This document shows positions 1 to 15,000 of a DNA stretch of 64,000 nucleotides, piece by piece. Location: contig CAXHJY010000105.1 of NCBI GenBank assembly GCA_964016885.1, forward strand, positions 62,001-126,000. Reading direction: 5' to 3'. A program made the translations under genes and the position numbers. Position 1 is the first letter of the stretch. Every line of letters starts with the position of its first letter. The notes under the pieces were generated by a model that searched no databases, was not told the DNA's origin, and saw nothing but the letters and a program-made list of their open reading frames with translations. The DNA is from Eledone cirrhosa. Its lineage: Eukaryota.

Positions 1-3000
1 CATTCCACTACTTTACAGGAAGTTACTAACACTCCTTCATTCCACTACTTTATAGGAAGTTACTAACACTCCTTCATTCCACTACTTTACAGGAAGTTAC
101 TAACACTCCTTCATTGCACTACTTTATAGGAAGTTACTAACACTCCTTCATTCCACTACTTTACAGGAAGTTACTAACACTCCTTCATTGCACTACTTTA
201 TAGGAAGTTACTAACAGTCCTTCATTCCACTACTTTACAGGAAGTTACTAACACTCCTTCATTCCACTACTTTATAGGAAGTTACTAACACTCCTTAATT
301 CCACTACTTTACAGGAAGTTACTAACACTCCTTCATTGCACTACTTTATAGGAAGTTACTAACACTCCTTCATTCCACTACTTTACAGGAAGTTACTAAC
401 ACTCCTTCATTGCACTACTTTATAGGAAGTTACTAACACTCCTTCATTCCACTACTTTACAGGAAGTTACTAACACTCCTTCATTCCACTACTTTACTGG
501 AAGTTACTAACACTCCTTCATTCCACTACTTTATAGGAAGTTAGTAACACTCCTTCATTGCACTACTTTATAGGAAGTTACTAACACTCCTTCATTCCAC
601 TACTTTATAGGAAGTTACTAACACTCCTTCATTCCACTACTTTATAGGAAGTTACTAACACTCCTTCATTCCACTACTTTATAGGGAGTTAATAACACTC
701 CTTCATTCCACTACTTTATAGGAAGTTACTAACACTCCTTCATTGCACTACTCTACAGGAAGTTACTAACACTCCTTCATTCCACTACTTCACAGGAAGT
801 TACTCACACTCCTTCATTCCCCTACTTTACAGGAAGTTACTAACACTCCTTCATTGCACTAATCTACAGGAAGTTACTAACACTCCTTCATTCCACTACT
901 TTATAGGAAGTTACTAACACTCCTTCATTCCACTACTTTACAGGAAGTTACTAACACTCCTTCATTGCACTACTCTACAGGAAGTTACTAACACTCCTTC
1001 ATTCCACTACTCTATAGGAAGTTACTAACACTCCTTCATTCCACTACTTTACAGGAAGTTACTAACACTCCTTCATTGCACTACACTACAGGAAGTTACT
1101 AACACTCCTTCATTCCACTACTTTACAGGAAGTTACTAACACTCCTTCATTCCACTACTTTATAGGAAGTTACTAACAGTCCTTCATTCCACTACTTTAT
1201 AGGAAATTACTAACACTCCTTCATTCCACTACTTTACAGGAAGTTACTAACACTCCTTCATTCCACTACTTTACAGGAAGTTACTAACACTCCTTCATTC
1301 CACTACTTTACAGGAAGTTACTAACACTCCTTCATTCCACTACTCTACAGGAAGTTACTAACACTCCTTCATTCCACTACTTTACAGGAAGTTACTAACA
1401 CTCTTTCATTCCACTACTTTATAGGAAGTTACTAACACTCCTTCATTCCACTACTTTATAGGAAGTTACTAACACTCCTTCATTCCACTACTCTACAGGA
1501 AGTTACTAACACTCCTTCATTCCACTACTTTATAGGAAGTTACTAACACTCCTTCATTGCACTACTTTATAGGAAGTTACTAGCACTCCTTCATTCCACT
1601 ACTTTACAGGAAGTTACTAACACTCCTTCATTCCACTACTTTATAGGAAGTTACTAACACTCCTTCATTGCACTACTTTATAGGAAGTTACTAACACTCC
1701 TTCATTCCACTATTTTACAGGAAGTTACTAACACTCCTTCATTGCACTACTTTACAGGAAGTTACTAACACTCCTTCATTCCACTACTTTATAGGAAGTT
1801 ACTAACACTCCTTCATTGCACTACTTTATAGGAAGTTACTAACACTCCTTCATTCCACTACTTTACAGGAAGTTACTAACACTCCTTCATTCCACTACTT
1901 TACTGGAAGTTACTAACACTCCTTCATTCCACTACTTTATAGGAAGTTAGTAACACTCCTTCATTGCACTACTTTATAGGAAGTTACTAACACTCCTTCA
2001 TTGCACTACTTTATAGGAAGTTACTAGCACTCCTTCATTCCACTACTTTACAGGAAGTTACTAACACTCCTTCATTCCACTACTTTATAGGAAGTTACTA
2101 ACACTCCTTCATTGCACTACTTTATAGGAAGTTACTAACACTCCTTCATTCCACTACTTTACAGGAAGTTACTAACACTCCTTCATTCCACTACTTTATA
2201 GGAAGTTACTAACACCCCTTCATTCCACTACTCTATAGGAAGTTACTAACACTCTTTCATTCCACTACTTTATAGGAAGTTACTAACACTCCTTCATTCC
2301 ACTACTTTACAGGAAGTTACTAACACTCCTTCATTCCACTACTTTATAGGAAGTTACTAACACTCCTTCATTCCACTACTTTATAGGAAGTTACTAACAC
2401 TCTTTCATTGCACTACTTCATAGGAAGTTACTAATACTCCTTCATTCCACTAATTTACAGGAAGTTACTAACACTCCTTCATTCCACTACTTTACAGGAA
2501 GTTACTAACACTCCTTCATTCCACTACTTTATAGGAAGTTACTAACACTCCTTCATTCCACTACTTTACAGGAAGTTACTAACACTCCTTCATTGCACTA
2601 CTTTATAGGAAGTTACTAACACTCCTTCATTCCACTACTTTACAGGAAGTTACTAACACTCCTTAATTCCACTACTTTATAGGAAGTTACTAACACTCCT
2701 TCATTGCACTACTTTACAGGAAGTTACTAACACTCCTTCATTCCACTACTTTACAGGAAGTTACTAACACTCCTTCATTGCACTTCTTTATAGGAAGTTA
2801 CTAACACTCCTTCATTCCACTACTTTACAGGAAGTTACTAACACTCCTTCATTGCACTACTTTATAGGAAGTTACTAACACTCCTTCATTCCACTACTTT
2901 ACAGGAAGTTACTAACACTCCTTCATTGCACTACTTTATAGGAAGTTACTAACACTCCTTCATTCCACTACTTTACAGGAAGTTACTAACAATCCTTCAT

Positions 3001-6000
3001 TCCACTACTTTACAGGAAGTTACTAACACTCCTTCAGTCCACTACTTTATAGGAAGTTAGTAACCCTCCTTCATTCCACTACTTTATAGGAAGTTACTAA
3101 CACTCCTTCATTCCACTACTTTATAGGAAGTTACTAACACTCCTTCATTGCACTACTTTATAGGAAGTTACTAACACTCCTTCATTCCACTACTTTATAG
3201 GAAGTTACTAACACTCCTTCATTCCACTACTTTATAGGAAGTTACTAACACTCCTTCATTCCACTACTTTATAGGGAGTTAATAACACTCCTTCATTCCA
3301 CTACTTTATAGGAAGTAACTAACACTCCTTCATTGCACTACTCTACAGGAAGTTACTAACACTCCTTCATTCCACTACTTCACAGGAAGTTACTCACACT
3401 CCTTCATTCCCCTACTTTACAGGAAGTTACTAACACTCCTTCATTGCACTACTCTACAGGAAGTTACTAACACTCCTTCATTCCACTACTCTATAGGAAG
3501 TTACTAACACTCCTTCATTGCACTACTCTACAGGAAGTTACTAACACTCCTTCATTCCACTACTCTACAGGAAGTTACTAACACTCCTTCATTCCACTAC
3601 TCTATAGGAAGTTACTAACACTCCTTCATTGCACTACTCTACAGGAAGTTACTCACACTCCTTCATTCCCCTACTTTACAGGAAGTTACTAACACTCCTT
3701 CATTCCACTACTCTACAGGAAGTTACTAACACTCCTTCATTCCACTACTCTACAGGAAGTTACTAACACTCCTTCATTCCACTACTTTACAGGAAGTTAC
3801 TAACACTCCTTCATTGCACTACTCTCCAGGAAGTTACTAACACTCCTTCATTCCACTACTCTACAGGAAGTTACTAACACTCCTTCATTCCACTACTTTA
3901 CAGGAAGTTACTAACACTCCTTCATTCCACTACTTTACAAGAAGTTACTAACACTCCTTCATTCCACTACTTTACAGGAAGTTACTAACACTCCTTCGTT
4001 CCACTACTTTATAGGAAGTTACTAACACTCCTTCATTCCACTACTTTATAGGAAGTTACTAACACTCCTTCATTCCACTACTTTATAGGAAGTTACTAAC
4101 ACTCCTTCATTCCACTACTTTACAGGAAGTTACTAACACTCCTTCATTCCACTACTTTACAGGAAGTTACTAACACTCCTTCATTCCACTACTTTATAGG
4201 AAGTTACTAACACTCCTTCATTCCACTACTTTATAGGAAGTTACTAACACTCCTTCATTGCACTACTTTATAGGAAGTTACTCACACTCCTTCATTGCAC
4301 TACTTTACAGGAAGTTACTAACACTCCTTCATTGCACTACTCTACAGGAAGTTACTAACACTCCTTCATTGCACTACTTTATAGAAAGTTACTAACACTC
4401 CTTCATTGCACTACTCTACAGGAAGTTACTAACACTCCTTCATTGCACTACTCTACAGGACGTTACTAACACCCCTTCATTGCACTACTTTATAGGAAGT
4501 TACTAACACTCCTTCATTCCACTATTCTACAGGAAGTTACTAACACTCCCTCATTCCACTACTCTACAGGAAGTTACTAACACTCCTTTATTGCACTACT
4601 CTACAGGAAGTTACTAACACCCCTTCATTCCACTACTTTATAGGAAGTTACTAACACTCCTTCATTCCACTATTCTACAGGAAGTTACTAACACTCCTTC
4701 ATTCCACTACTTTATAGGAAGTTACTAACACTCCTTCATTCTACTACTTTATAGGAAGTTACTAACACCCCTTCATTCCACTACTTTATAGGAAGTTACT
4801 AACACTCCTTCATTCCACTACTTTACAGGAAGTTACTAACACTCCTTCATTCCACTACTTTACAGGAAGTTACTAACACTCTTTCATTCCACTACTTTAT
4901 AGGAAGTTACTAACACTCCTTCATTGCACTACTCTACAGGAAGTTACTAACACTCCTTCATTCCACTACTTTACAGGAAGTTACTAACACTCTTTCATTC
5001 CACTACTTTATAGGAAGTTACTAACACTCCTTCATTGCACTACTCTACAGGAAGTTACTAACACTCCTTCATTCCACTACTTTACAGGAAGTTACTAACA
5101 CTCCTTCATTGCACTAATCTACAGGAAGTTACTAACACTCCTTCATTCCACTACTTTATAGGAAGTTACTAACACTCCTTCATTCCACTACTTTATAGGA
5201 AGTTACTAACACTCCTTCATTGCACTACTTTATAGGAAGTTACTAACACTCCTTCATTCCACTACTTTACAGGAAGTTACTAACACTCTTTCATTCCACT
5301 ACTTTATAGGAAGTTACTAACACTCCTTCATTCCACTACTTTATAGGAAGTTACTAACACTCCTTCATTCCACTACTCTACAGGAAGTTACTAACACTCC
5401 TTCATTCCACTACTTTATAGGAAGTTACTAACACTCCTTCATTGCACTACTTTATAGGAAGTTACTAGCACTCCTTCATTCCACTACTTTACAGGAAGTT
5501 ACTAACACTCCTTCATTCCACTACTTTATAGGAAGTTACTAACACTCCTTCATTGCACTACTTTATAGGAAGTTACTAACACTCCTTCATTCCACTACTT
5601 TATAGGAAGTTACTAACACTCCTTCATTGCACTACTTTACAGGAAGTTACTAACACTCCTTCATTCCACTACTTTATTGGAAGTTACTAACACTCCTTCA
5701 TTGCACTACTTTACAGGAAGTTACTAACACTCCTTCATTCCACTACTTTACAGGAAGTTACTAACACTCCTTCATTGCACTACTTTACAGGAAGTTACTA
5801 ACACTCCTTCATTCCACTACTTTACAGGAAGTTACTAACACTCCTTCATTGCACTATTTTATAGGAAGTTACTAACACTCCTTCATTCCACTACTTTACA
5901 GGAAGTTACTAACACTCCTTCATTCCACTACTTTATAGGAAGTTACTAACACCCCTTCATTCCACTACTCTATAGGAAGTTACTAACACTCTTTCATTCC

Positions 6001-9000
6001 ACTACTTTATAGGAAGTTACTAACACTCCTTCATTCCACTACTTTACAGGAAGTTACTAACACTCCTTCATTCCACTACTTTATAGGAAGTTACTAACAC
6101 TCCTTCATTCCACTACTTTATAGGAAGTTACTAACACTCTTTCATTGCACTACTTTATAGGAAGTTACTAATACTCCTTCATTCCACTAATTTACAGGAA
6201 GTTACTAACACTCCTTCATTCCACTACTTTACAGGAAGTTACTAACACTCCTTCATTCCACTACTTTATAGGAAGTTACTAACACTCCTTCATTCCACTA
6301 CTTTACAGGAAGTTACTAACACTCCTTCATTGCACTACTTTATAGGAAGTTACTAACACTCCTTCATTCCACTACTTTACAGGAAGTTACTAACACTCCT
6401 TAATTCCACTACTTTATAGGAAGTTACTAACACTCCTTCATTCCACTACTTTACAGGAAGTTACTAACACTCCTTCATTCCACTACTTTACAGGAAGTTA
6501 CTAACACTCCTTCATTGCACTTCTTTATAGGAAGTTACTAACAGTCCTTCATTCCACTACTTTACAGGAAGTTACTAACACTCCTTCATTGCACTACTTT
6601 ATAGGAAGTTACTAACACTCCTTCATTCCACTACTTTACAGGAAGTTACTAACACTCCTTCATTGCACTACTTTATAGGAAGTTACTAACACTCCTTCAT
6701 TCCACTACTTTACAGGAAGTTACTAACACTCCTTCATTCCACTACTTTACAGGAAGTTACTAACACTCCTTCATTCCACTACTTTATAGGAAGTTAGTAA
6801 CACTCCTTCATTCCACTACTTTATAGGAAGTTACTAACACTCCTTCATTCCACTACTTTATAGGAAGTTACTAACACTCCTTCATTGCACTACTTTATAG
6901 GAAGTTACTAACACTCCTTCATTCCACTACTTTATAGGAAGTTACTAACACTCCTTCATTCCACTACTTTATAGGAAGTTACTAGCACTCCTTCATTCCA
7001 CTACTTTATAGGGAGTTAATAACACTCCTTCATTCCACTACTTTATAGGAAGTAACTAACACTCCTTCATTGCACTACTCTACAGGAAGTTACTAACACT
7101 CCTTCATTCCACTACTTCACAGGAAGTTACTCACACTCCTTCATTCCCCTACTTTACAGGAAGTTACTAACACTCCTTCATTGCACTACTCTACAGGAAG
7201 TTACTAACACTCCTTCATTCCACTACTCTATAGGAAGTTACTAACACTCCTTCATTGCACTACTCTACAGGAAGTTACTAACACTCCTTCATTCCACTAC
7301 TCTACAGGAAGTTACTAACACTCCTTCATTCCACTACTCTATAGGAAGTTACTAACACTCCTTCATTGCACTACTCTACAGGAAGTTACTAACACTCCTT
7401 CATTCCACTACTCTACAGGAAATTACTAACACTCCTTCATTCCACTACTCTACAGGAAGTTACTAACACTCCTTCATTCCACTACTTTACAGGAAATTAC
7501 TAACACTCCTTCATTCCACTACTCTACAGGAAGTTACTAACACTCCTTCATTCCACTACTCTACAGGAAGTTACTCACACTCCTTCATTCCCCTACTTTA
7601 CAGGAAATTACTAACACTCCTTCATTCCACTACTCTACAGGAAGTTACTAACACTCCTTCATTCCACTACTCTACAGGAAGTTACTAACACTCCTTCATT
7701 CCACTACTTTACAGGAAGTTACTAACACTCCTTCATTGCACTACTCTACAGGAAGTTACTAACACTCCTTCATTCCACTACTCTACAGGAAGTTACTAAC
7801 ACTCCTTCATTCCACTACTTTACAGGAAGTTACTAACACTCCTTCATTCCACTACTCTACAGGAAATTACTAACACTCCTTCATTCCACTACTCTACAGG
7901 AAGTTACTAACACTCCTTCATTCCACTACTTTACAGGAAATTACTAACACTCCTTCATTCCACTACTCTACAGGAAGTTACTAACACTCCTTCATTCCAC
8001 TACTCTACAGGAAGTTACTCACACTCCTTCATTCCCCTACTTTACAGGAAATTACTAACACTCCTTCATTCCACTACTCTACAGGAAGTTACTAACACTC
8101 CTTCATTCCACTACTCTACAGGAAGTTACTAACACTCCTTCATTGCACTACTTTATAGGAAGTTACTAACACTCCTTCATTCCACTACTTTACAGGAAGT
8201 TACTAACACTCCTTCATTCCACTACTTTATAGGAAGTTACTAACACTCCTTCATTCCACTACTCTACAGGAAGTTACTAACACTCCTTCATTCCACTACT
8301 TTACAAGAAGTTACTAACACTCCTTCATTCCACTACTTTATAGGAAGTTACTAACACTCCTTCATTCCACTACTTTACAGGAAGTTACTAACACTCCTTC
8401 ATTGCACTACTCTACAGGAAGTTACTAACACTCCTTCATTCCACTACTTTACAGGAAGTTACTAACACTCCTTCATTCCACTACTTTACAGGAAGTTACT
8501 AACACTCCTTCATTCCACTACTTTACAGGAAGTTACTAACACTCCTTCATTCCACTACTTTACAGGAAGTTACTAACACTCCTTCATTGCACTACTCTCC
8601 AGGAAGTTACTAACACTCCTTCATTCCACTACTCTACAGGAAGTTACTAACACTCCTTCATTCCACTACTTTACAGGAAGTTACTAACACTCCTTCATTC
8701 CACTACTTTACAGGAAGTTACTAACACTCCTTCATTCCACTACTCTACAGGAAGTTACTAACACTCCTTCATTCCACTACTTTACAGGAAGTTACTAACA
8801 CTCCTTCATTCCACTACTTTATAGGAAGTTACTAACACTCCTTCATTCCACTACTTTACAGGAAGTTACTAACACTCCTTCATTGCACTACTCTATAGGA
8901 AGTTACTAACATGCCTTCATTCCACTACTTTACAGGAAGTTACTAACACTCCTTCATTGCACTACTTTACAGGAAGTTACTAACACTCCTTCATTCCACT

Positions 9001-12000
9001 ACTTTATAGGAAGTTACTAACACTCCTTCATTGCACTACTTTACAGGAAGTTACTAACACTCCTTCATTCCACTACTTTACAGGAAGTTACTAACACTCC
9101 TTCATTGCACTACTTTACAGGAAGTTACAAACACTCCTTCATTGCACTACTTTATAGGAAGTTACTAACACTCCTTCATTGCACTACTTTACAGGAAGTT
9201 ACTAACACTCCTTCATTCCACTACTCTACAGGAAGTTACTAACACTCCTTCATTCCACTACTCTACAGGAAGTTACTAACACTCCTTCATTCCACTACTT
9301 TACAGGAAGTTACTAACACTCCTTCATTCCATTACTTTATAGGAAGTTATTAACACTCCTTCATTGCACTACTTTACAGGAAGTTACTAACACTCCTTCA
9401 TTCCACTACTTTACAGGAAGTTACTAACACTCCTTCATTCCACTACTTTACAGGAAGTTACTAACACTCCTTCATTCCACTACTTTACAGGAAGTTACTA
9501 ACACTCCTTCATTCCACTACTCTACAGGAAGTTACTAACACTCCTTCATTCCACTACTTTACAGGAAGTTACTAACACTCCTTCATTCCACTACTTTATA
9601 GGAAGTTACTAACACTCCTTCATTCCACTACTTTATAGGAAGTTACTAACACTCCTTCATTCCACTACTTTATAGGAAGTTACTAACACTCCTTCATTCC
9701 ACTACTTTACAGGAAGTTACTAACACTCCTTCATTCCACTACTTTATAGGAAGTTACTAGCACTCCTTCATTGCACTACTTTATAGGAAGTTACTAACAC
9801 TCCTTCATTCCACTACTTTATAGGAAGTTACTAGCACTCCTTCATTGCACTACTTTATAGGAAGTTACTAACACTCCTTCATTGCACTACTCTACAGGAA
9901 GTTACTAACACTCCTTCATTGCACTACTCTACAGGAAGTTACTAACACCCCTTCATTCCACTACTTTATAGGAAGTTACTAACACTCCTTCATTCCACTA
10001 TTCTACAGCAAGTTACTAACACTCTTTCATTCCACTACTTTATAGGAAGTTACTAACACTCCTTCATTCCACTATTCTACAGGAAGTTACTAACACTCCT
10101 TCATTGCACTACTCTACAGGAAGTTACTAACACTCCTTCATTCCACTATTCTACAGGAAGTTACTAACACTCCTTCATTCCACTACTTTATAGGAAGTTA
10201 CTAACACACCTTCATTCCACTACTCTATAGGAAGTTACTAACACGCTTTCATTCCACTACTTTATAGGAAGTTACTAACACTCCTTCATCCCACTACTCT
10301 ATAGGAAGTTACTAACACGCTTTCATTCCACTACTTTATAGGAAGTTACTAACACTCCTTCATTCCACTACTTTACAGGAAGTTACTAACACTCCTTCAT
10401 TCCACTACTCTACAGGAAGTTACTAACACTCTTTCAATCCACTACTTTATAGGAAGTTACTAACACTCCTTCATTCCACTAATTTATAGGAAGTTACTAA
10501 CACTCCTTCATTCCACTACTTTACAGGAAGTTACTAACACTCCTTCATTCCACTACTTTACAGGAAGTTACTAACACTCCTTCATTGCACTACTCTACAG
10601 GAAGTTACTAACACTCCTTCATTCCACTAATTTATAGGAAGTTACTAACACTCCTTCATTCCACTACTTTACAGGAAGTTACTAACACTCCTTCATTCCA
10701 CTACTTTACAGGAAGTTACTAACACTCCTTCATTCCACTACTCTACAGGAAGTTACTAACACTCCTTCATTCCACTACTTTACAGGAAGTTACTAACACT
10801 CTTTCATTCCACTACTTTATAGGAAGTTACTAACACTCCTTCATTCCACTACTTTACAGGAAGTTACTAACACTCTTTCATTCCACTACTTTACAGGAAG
10901 TTACTAACACTCCTTCATTCCACTACTTTATAGGAAGTTACTAACACTACTTCATTCCACTACTCTACAGGAAGTTACTAACACTCCTTCATTCCACTAC
11001 TTTATAGGAAGTTACTAACACTCTTTCATTCCACTACTTTATAGGAAGTTACTAAATCTCCTTCATTCCACTACTTTATAGGTAGTTACTAACACTCCTT
11101 CATTCCACTACTCTACAGGAAGTTACTAACACTCTTTCATTCCACTAACCTACAGGAAGTTACTAACACTCGTTCATTCCACTACTTTATAGGAAGTTAC
11201 TAACACTCCTTCATTCCACTACTCTACAGGAAGTTACTAACACTCTTTCATTCCACTACTCTACAGGAAGTTACTAACACTCTTTCATTCCACCACTTTA
11301 TAGGAAGTTACTAACACTCTTTCATTCCACTACTTTATAGGAAGTTACTAACACTCCTTCATTCCACTACTTTATAGGAAGTTACTAACACTCCTTCATT
11401 CCACTACTTTATAGGAAGTTACTAACACTCCTTCATTCCACTACTCTACAGGAAGTTACTAACACTCCTTCATTCCACTACTCTACAGGAAGTTACTAAC
11501 ACTCTTTCATTCCATTACTTTATAGGAAGTTACTAACACTCCTTCATTCCACTACTTTATAGGAAGTTACTAACACTCCTTCATTCCACTACTCTATAGG
11601 AAGTTACTAACACTCCTTCATTCCACTATTCTACAGGAAGTTACTAACACTCCTTCATTCCACTACTTTATAGGAAGTTACTAACACTCCTTCATTCCTT
11701 TACTTTATAGGAAGTTACTAACACTCCTTCATTCCACTACTCTATAGGAAGTTACTAACACTCTTTCATTCCACTACTTTATAGAAAGTTACTAACACTC
11801 TTTCATTCCACTACTTTATAGGAAGTTACTAACACTCTTTCATTCCACTACTCTACAGGAAGCTACTAACACTCCTTCATTCCACTACTTTATAGGAAGT
11901 TACTAACACTCCTTCATTCCATTACTCTACAGGAAGTTACTAACACTCCTTCATTCCACTACTTTATAGGAAGTTACTAACACTCCTTCATTGCACTACT

Positions 12001-15000
12001 CTACAGGAAGTTACTAACACTCTTTCATTCCACTACTTTACAGGAAGTTACTAACACTCCTTCATTCCACTACTCTATATTAAGTTACTAACATTCCTTC
12101 ATTGCACTACTCTACAGGAAGTTACTAACACTCCTTCATTCCACTACTTTATAGGAAGTTACTAACACTCCTTCATTCCACTACTTTATAGGAAGTTACT
12201 AACATTCTTTCATTCCACTACTCTACAGGAAGTTACTAACACTCCTTCATTCCACTACTCTACAGGAAGTTACTAACACTCTTTCATTCCACTACTTTAT
12301 AGGAAGTTACTAACACTCCTTCATTCCACTACTTTATAGGAAGTTACTAACACTCCTTCATTCCACTACTCTACAGGAAGTTACTAACACTCCTTCATTC
12401 CACTACTTTATAGGAAGTTACTAACACTCTTTCATTCCACTACTGTATAGAAAGTTACTAACACTCCTTCATTCCACTACTTTATAGGAAGTTACTAACA
12501 CTCCTTCATTCCACTACTTTATAGGAAGTTACTAACACTCCTTCATTCCACTACTCTACAGTAAGTTACTAACACTCTTTCATTCCACTACTTTATAGGA
12601 AGTTACTAACACTCCTTCATTCCACTACTCTACAGGAAGTTACTAACACTCCTTCATTCCACTACTTTATAGGAAGTTACTAACACTCCTTCATTGCACT
12701 ACTCTACAGGAAGTTACTAACACTCCTTCATTCCACTACTCTACAGGAAGTTACTAACACTCTTTCATTCCACTACTCTACAGGAAGTTACTAACACTCC
12801 TTCATTCCACTACTCTACAGGAAGTTACTAACACTCCTTCATTCCACTACTCTACAGGAAGTTACTAACACTCCTTCATTCCACTACTTTATAGGAAGTT
12901 ACTAACACTCCTTCATTCCTTTACTTTATAGGAAGTTACTAACACTCCTTCATTCCACTACTCTATAGGAAGTTACTAACACTCCTTCATTCCACTACTC
13001 TATAGGAAGTTACTAACACTCTTTCATTCCACAACTTTATAGAAAGTTACTAACACTCTTTCATTCCACTACTTTATAGGAAGTTACTAACACTCTTTCA
13101 TTCCACTACTCTACAGGAAGCTACTAACACTCCTTCATTCCACTACTTTATAGGAAGTTACTAACACTCCTTCATTCCACTACTCTACAGGAAGTTACTA
13201 ACACTCCTTCATTCCACTACTTTATAGGAAGTTACTAACACTCCTTCATTGCACTACTCTACAGGAAGTTACTAACACTCTTTCATTCCACTACTCTACA
13301 GGAAGTTACTAACACTCCTTCATTCCACTACTCTATATTAAGTTACTAACATTTCTTCATTGCACTACTCTACAGGAAGTTACTAACACTCCTTCATTCC
13401 ACTACTTTATAGGAAGTTACTAACACTCCTTCATTCCACTACTTTATAGGAAGTTACTAACATTCTTTCATTCCACTACTCTACAGGAAGTTACTAACAC
13501 TCCTTCATTCTACTACTCTACAGGAAGTTACTAACACTCCTTCATTCCACTACTCTACAGGAAGTTACTAACACTCCTTCATTCCACTACTTTATAGGAA
13601 GTTACTAACATTCCTTCATTCCACTACTCTATAGGAAGTTACTAACACTCCTTCATTCCACTACTCTACAGGAAGTTACTAACACTCCTTCATTCCACTA
13701 CTTTATAGGAAGTTACTAACACTCTTTCATTCCACTACTTTATAGGAAGTTACTAACAGTCTTTCATTCCACTACTTTATAGGAAGTTACTAACACTCTT
13801 TCATTCCACTACTCTACAGGAAGTTACTAACACTCCTTTATCCCACTACTCTATAGGAAGTTACTAACACTCTTTCATTCCACTACTTTATAGGAAGTTA
13901 CTAACACTCCTTCATTCCACTACTCTATAGGAAGTTACTAACACTCCTTCATTCCACTACTCTACAGGAAGTTACTAACACTCCTTCATTCCACCACTTT
14001 ATAGGAAGTTACTAACACTCCTTCATTCCTTTACTTTATAGGAAGTTACTAACACTTTTTCATTCCACTACTTTATAGGAAGTTACTAACACTCCTTCAT
14101 TCCACTACTCTACGGGAAGTTACTAACACTCCTTCATTGCACTACTCTACAGGAAGTTACTAACACTCTTTCATTCCACTACTCTACAGGAAGTTACTAA
14201 CACTCCTTCATTCCACTACTCTATATTAAGTTACTAACATTCCTTCATTGCACTACTCTACAGGAAGTTACTAACACTCCTTCATTCCACTACTTTATAG
14301 GAAGTTACTAACACTCCTTCATTCCACTACTTTATAGGAAGTTACTAACATTCTTTCATTCCACTACTCTACAGGAAGTTACTAACACTCCTTCATTCCA
14401 CTACTCTACAGGAAGTTACTAACACTCCTTCATTCCACTACTCTACAGGAAGTTACTAACACTCCTTCATTCCACTACTTTATAGGAAGTTACTAACATT
14501 CCTTCATTCCACTACTCTATAGGAAGTTACTAACACTCCTTCATTCCACTACTCTACAGGAAGTTACTAACGCTCCTTCATTCCACTACTTTATAGGAAG
14601 TTACTAACACTCTTTCATTCCACTAATTTATAGGAAGTTACTAACAGTCTTTCATTCCACTACTTTATAGGAAGTTACTAACACTCCTTCATTCCACTAC
14701 TCTACAGGAAGTTACTAACACTCCTTTATCCCACTACTCTATAGGAAGTTACTAACACTCTTTCATTCCACTACTTTATAGGAAGTTACTAACACTCCTT
14801 CATTCCACTACTCTATAGGAAGTTACTAACCCTCCTTCATTCCACTACTCTACAGGAAGTTACTAACACTCCTTCATTCCACCACTTTATAGGAAGATAC
14901 TAACACTCCTTCATTCCTTTACTTTATAGGAAGTTACTAACACTCCTTCATTCCACTACTTTACAGGAAGTTACTAACACTCCTTCATTCCACTACTCTA

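Noticed and set aside
291-300. U12-type branch-like variant CTCCTTAAT
   Set aside because: It is a rare single-base variant in a handful of monomers, and no U12 donor was seen.
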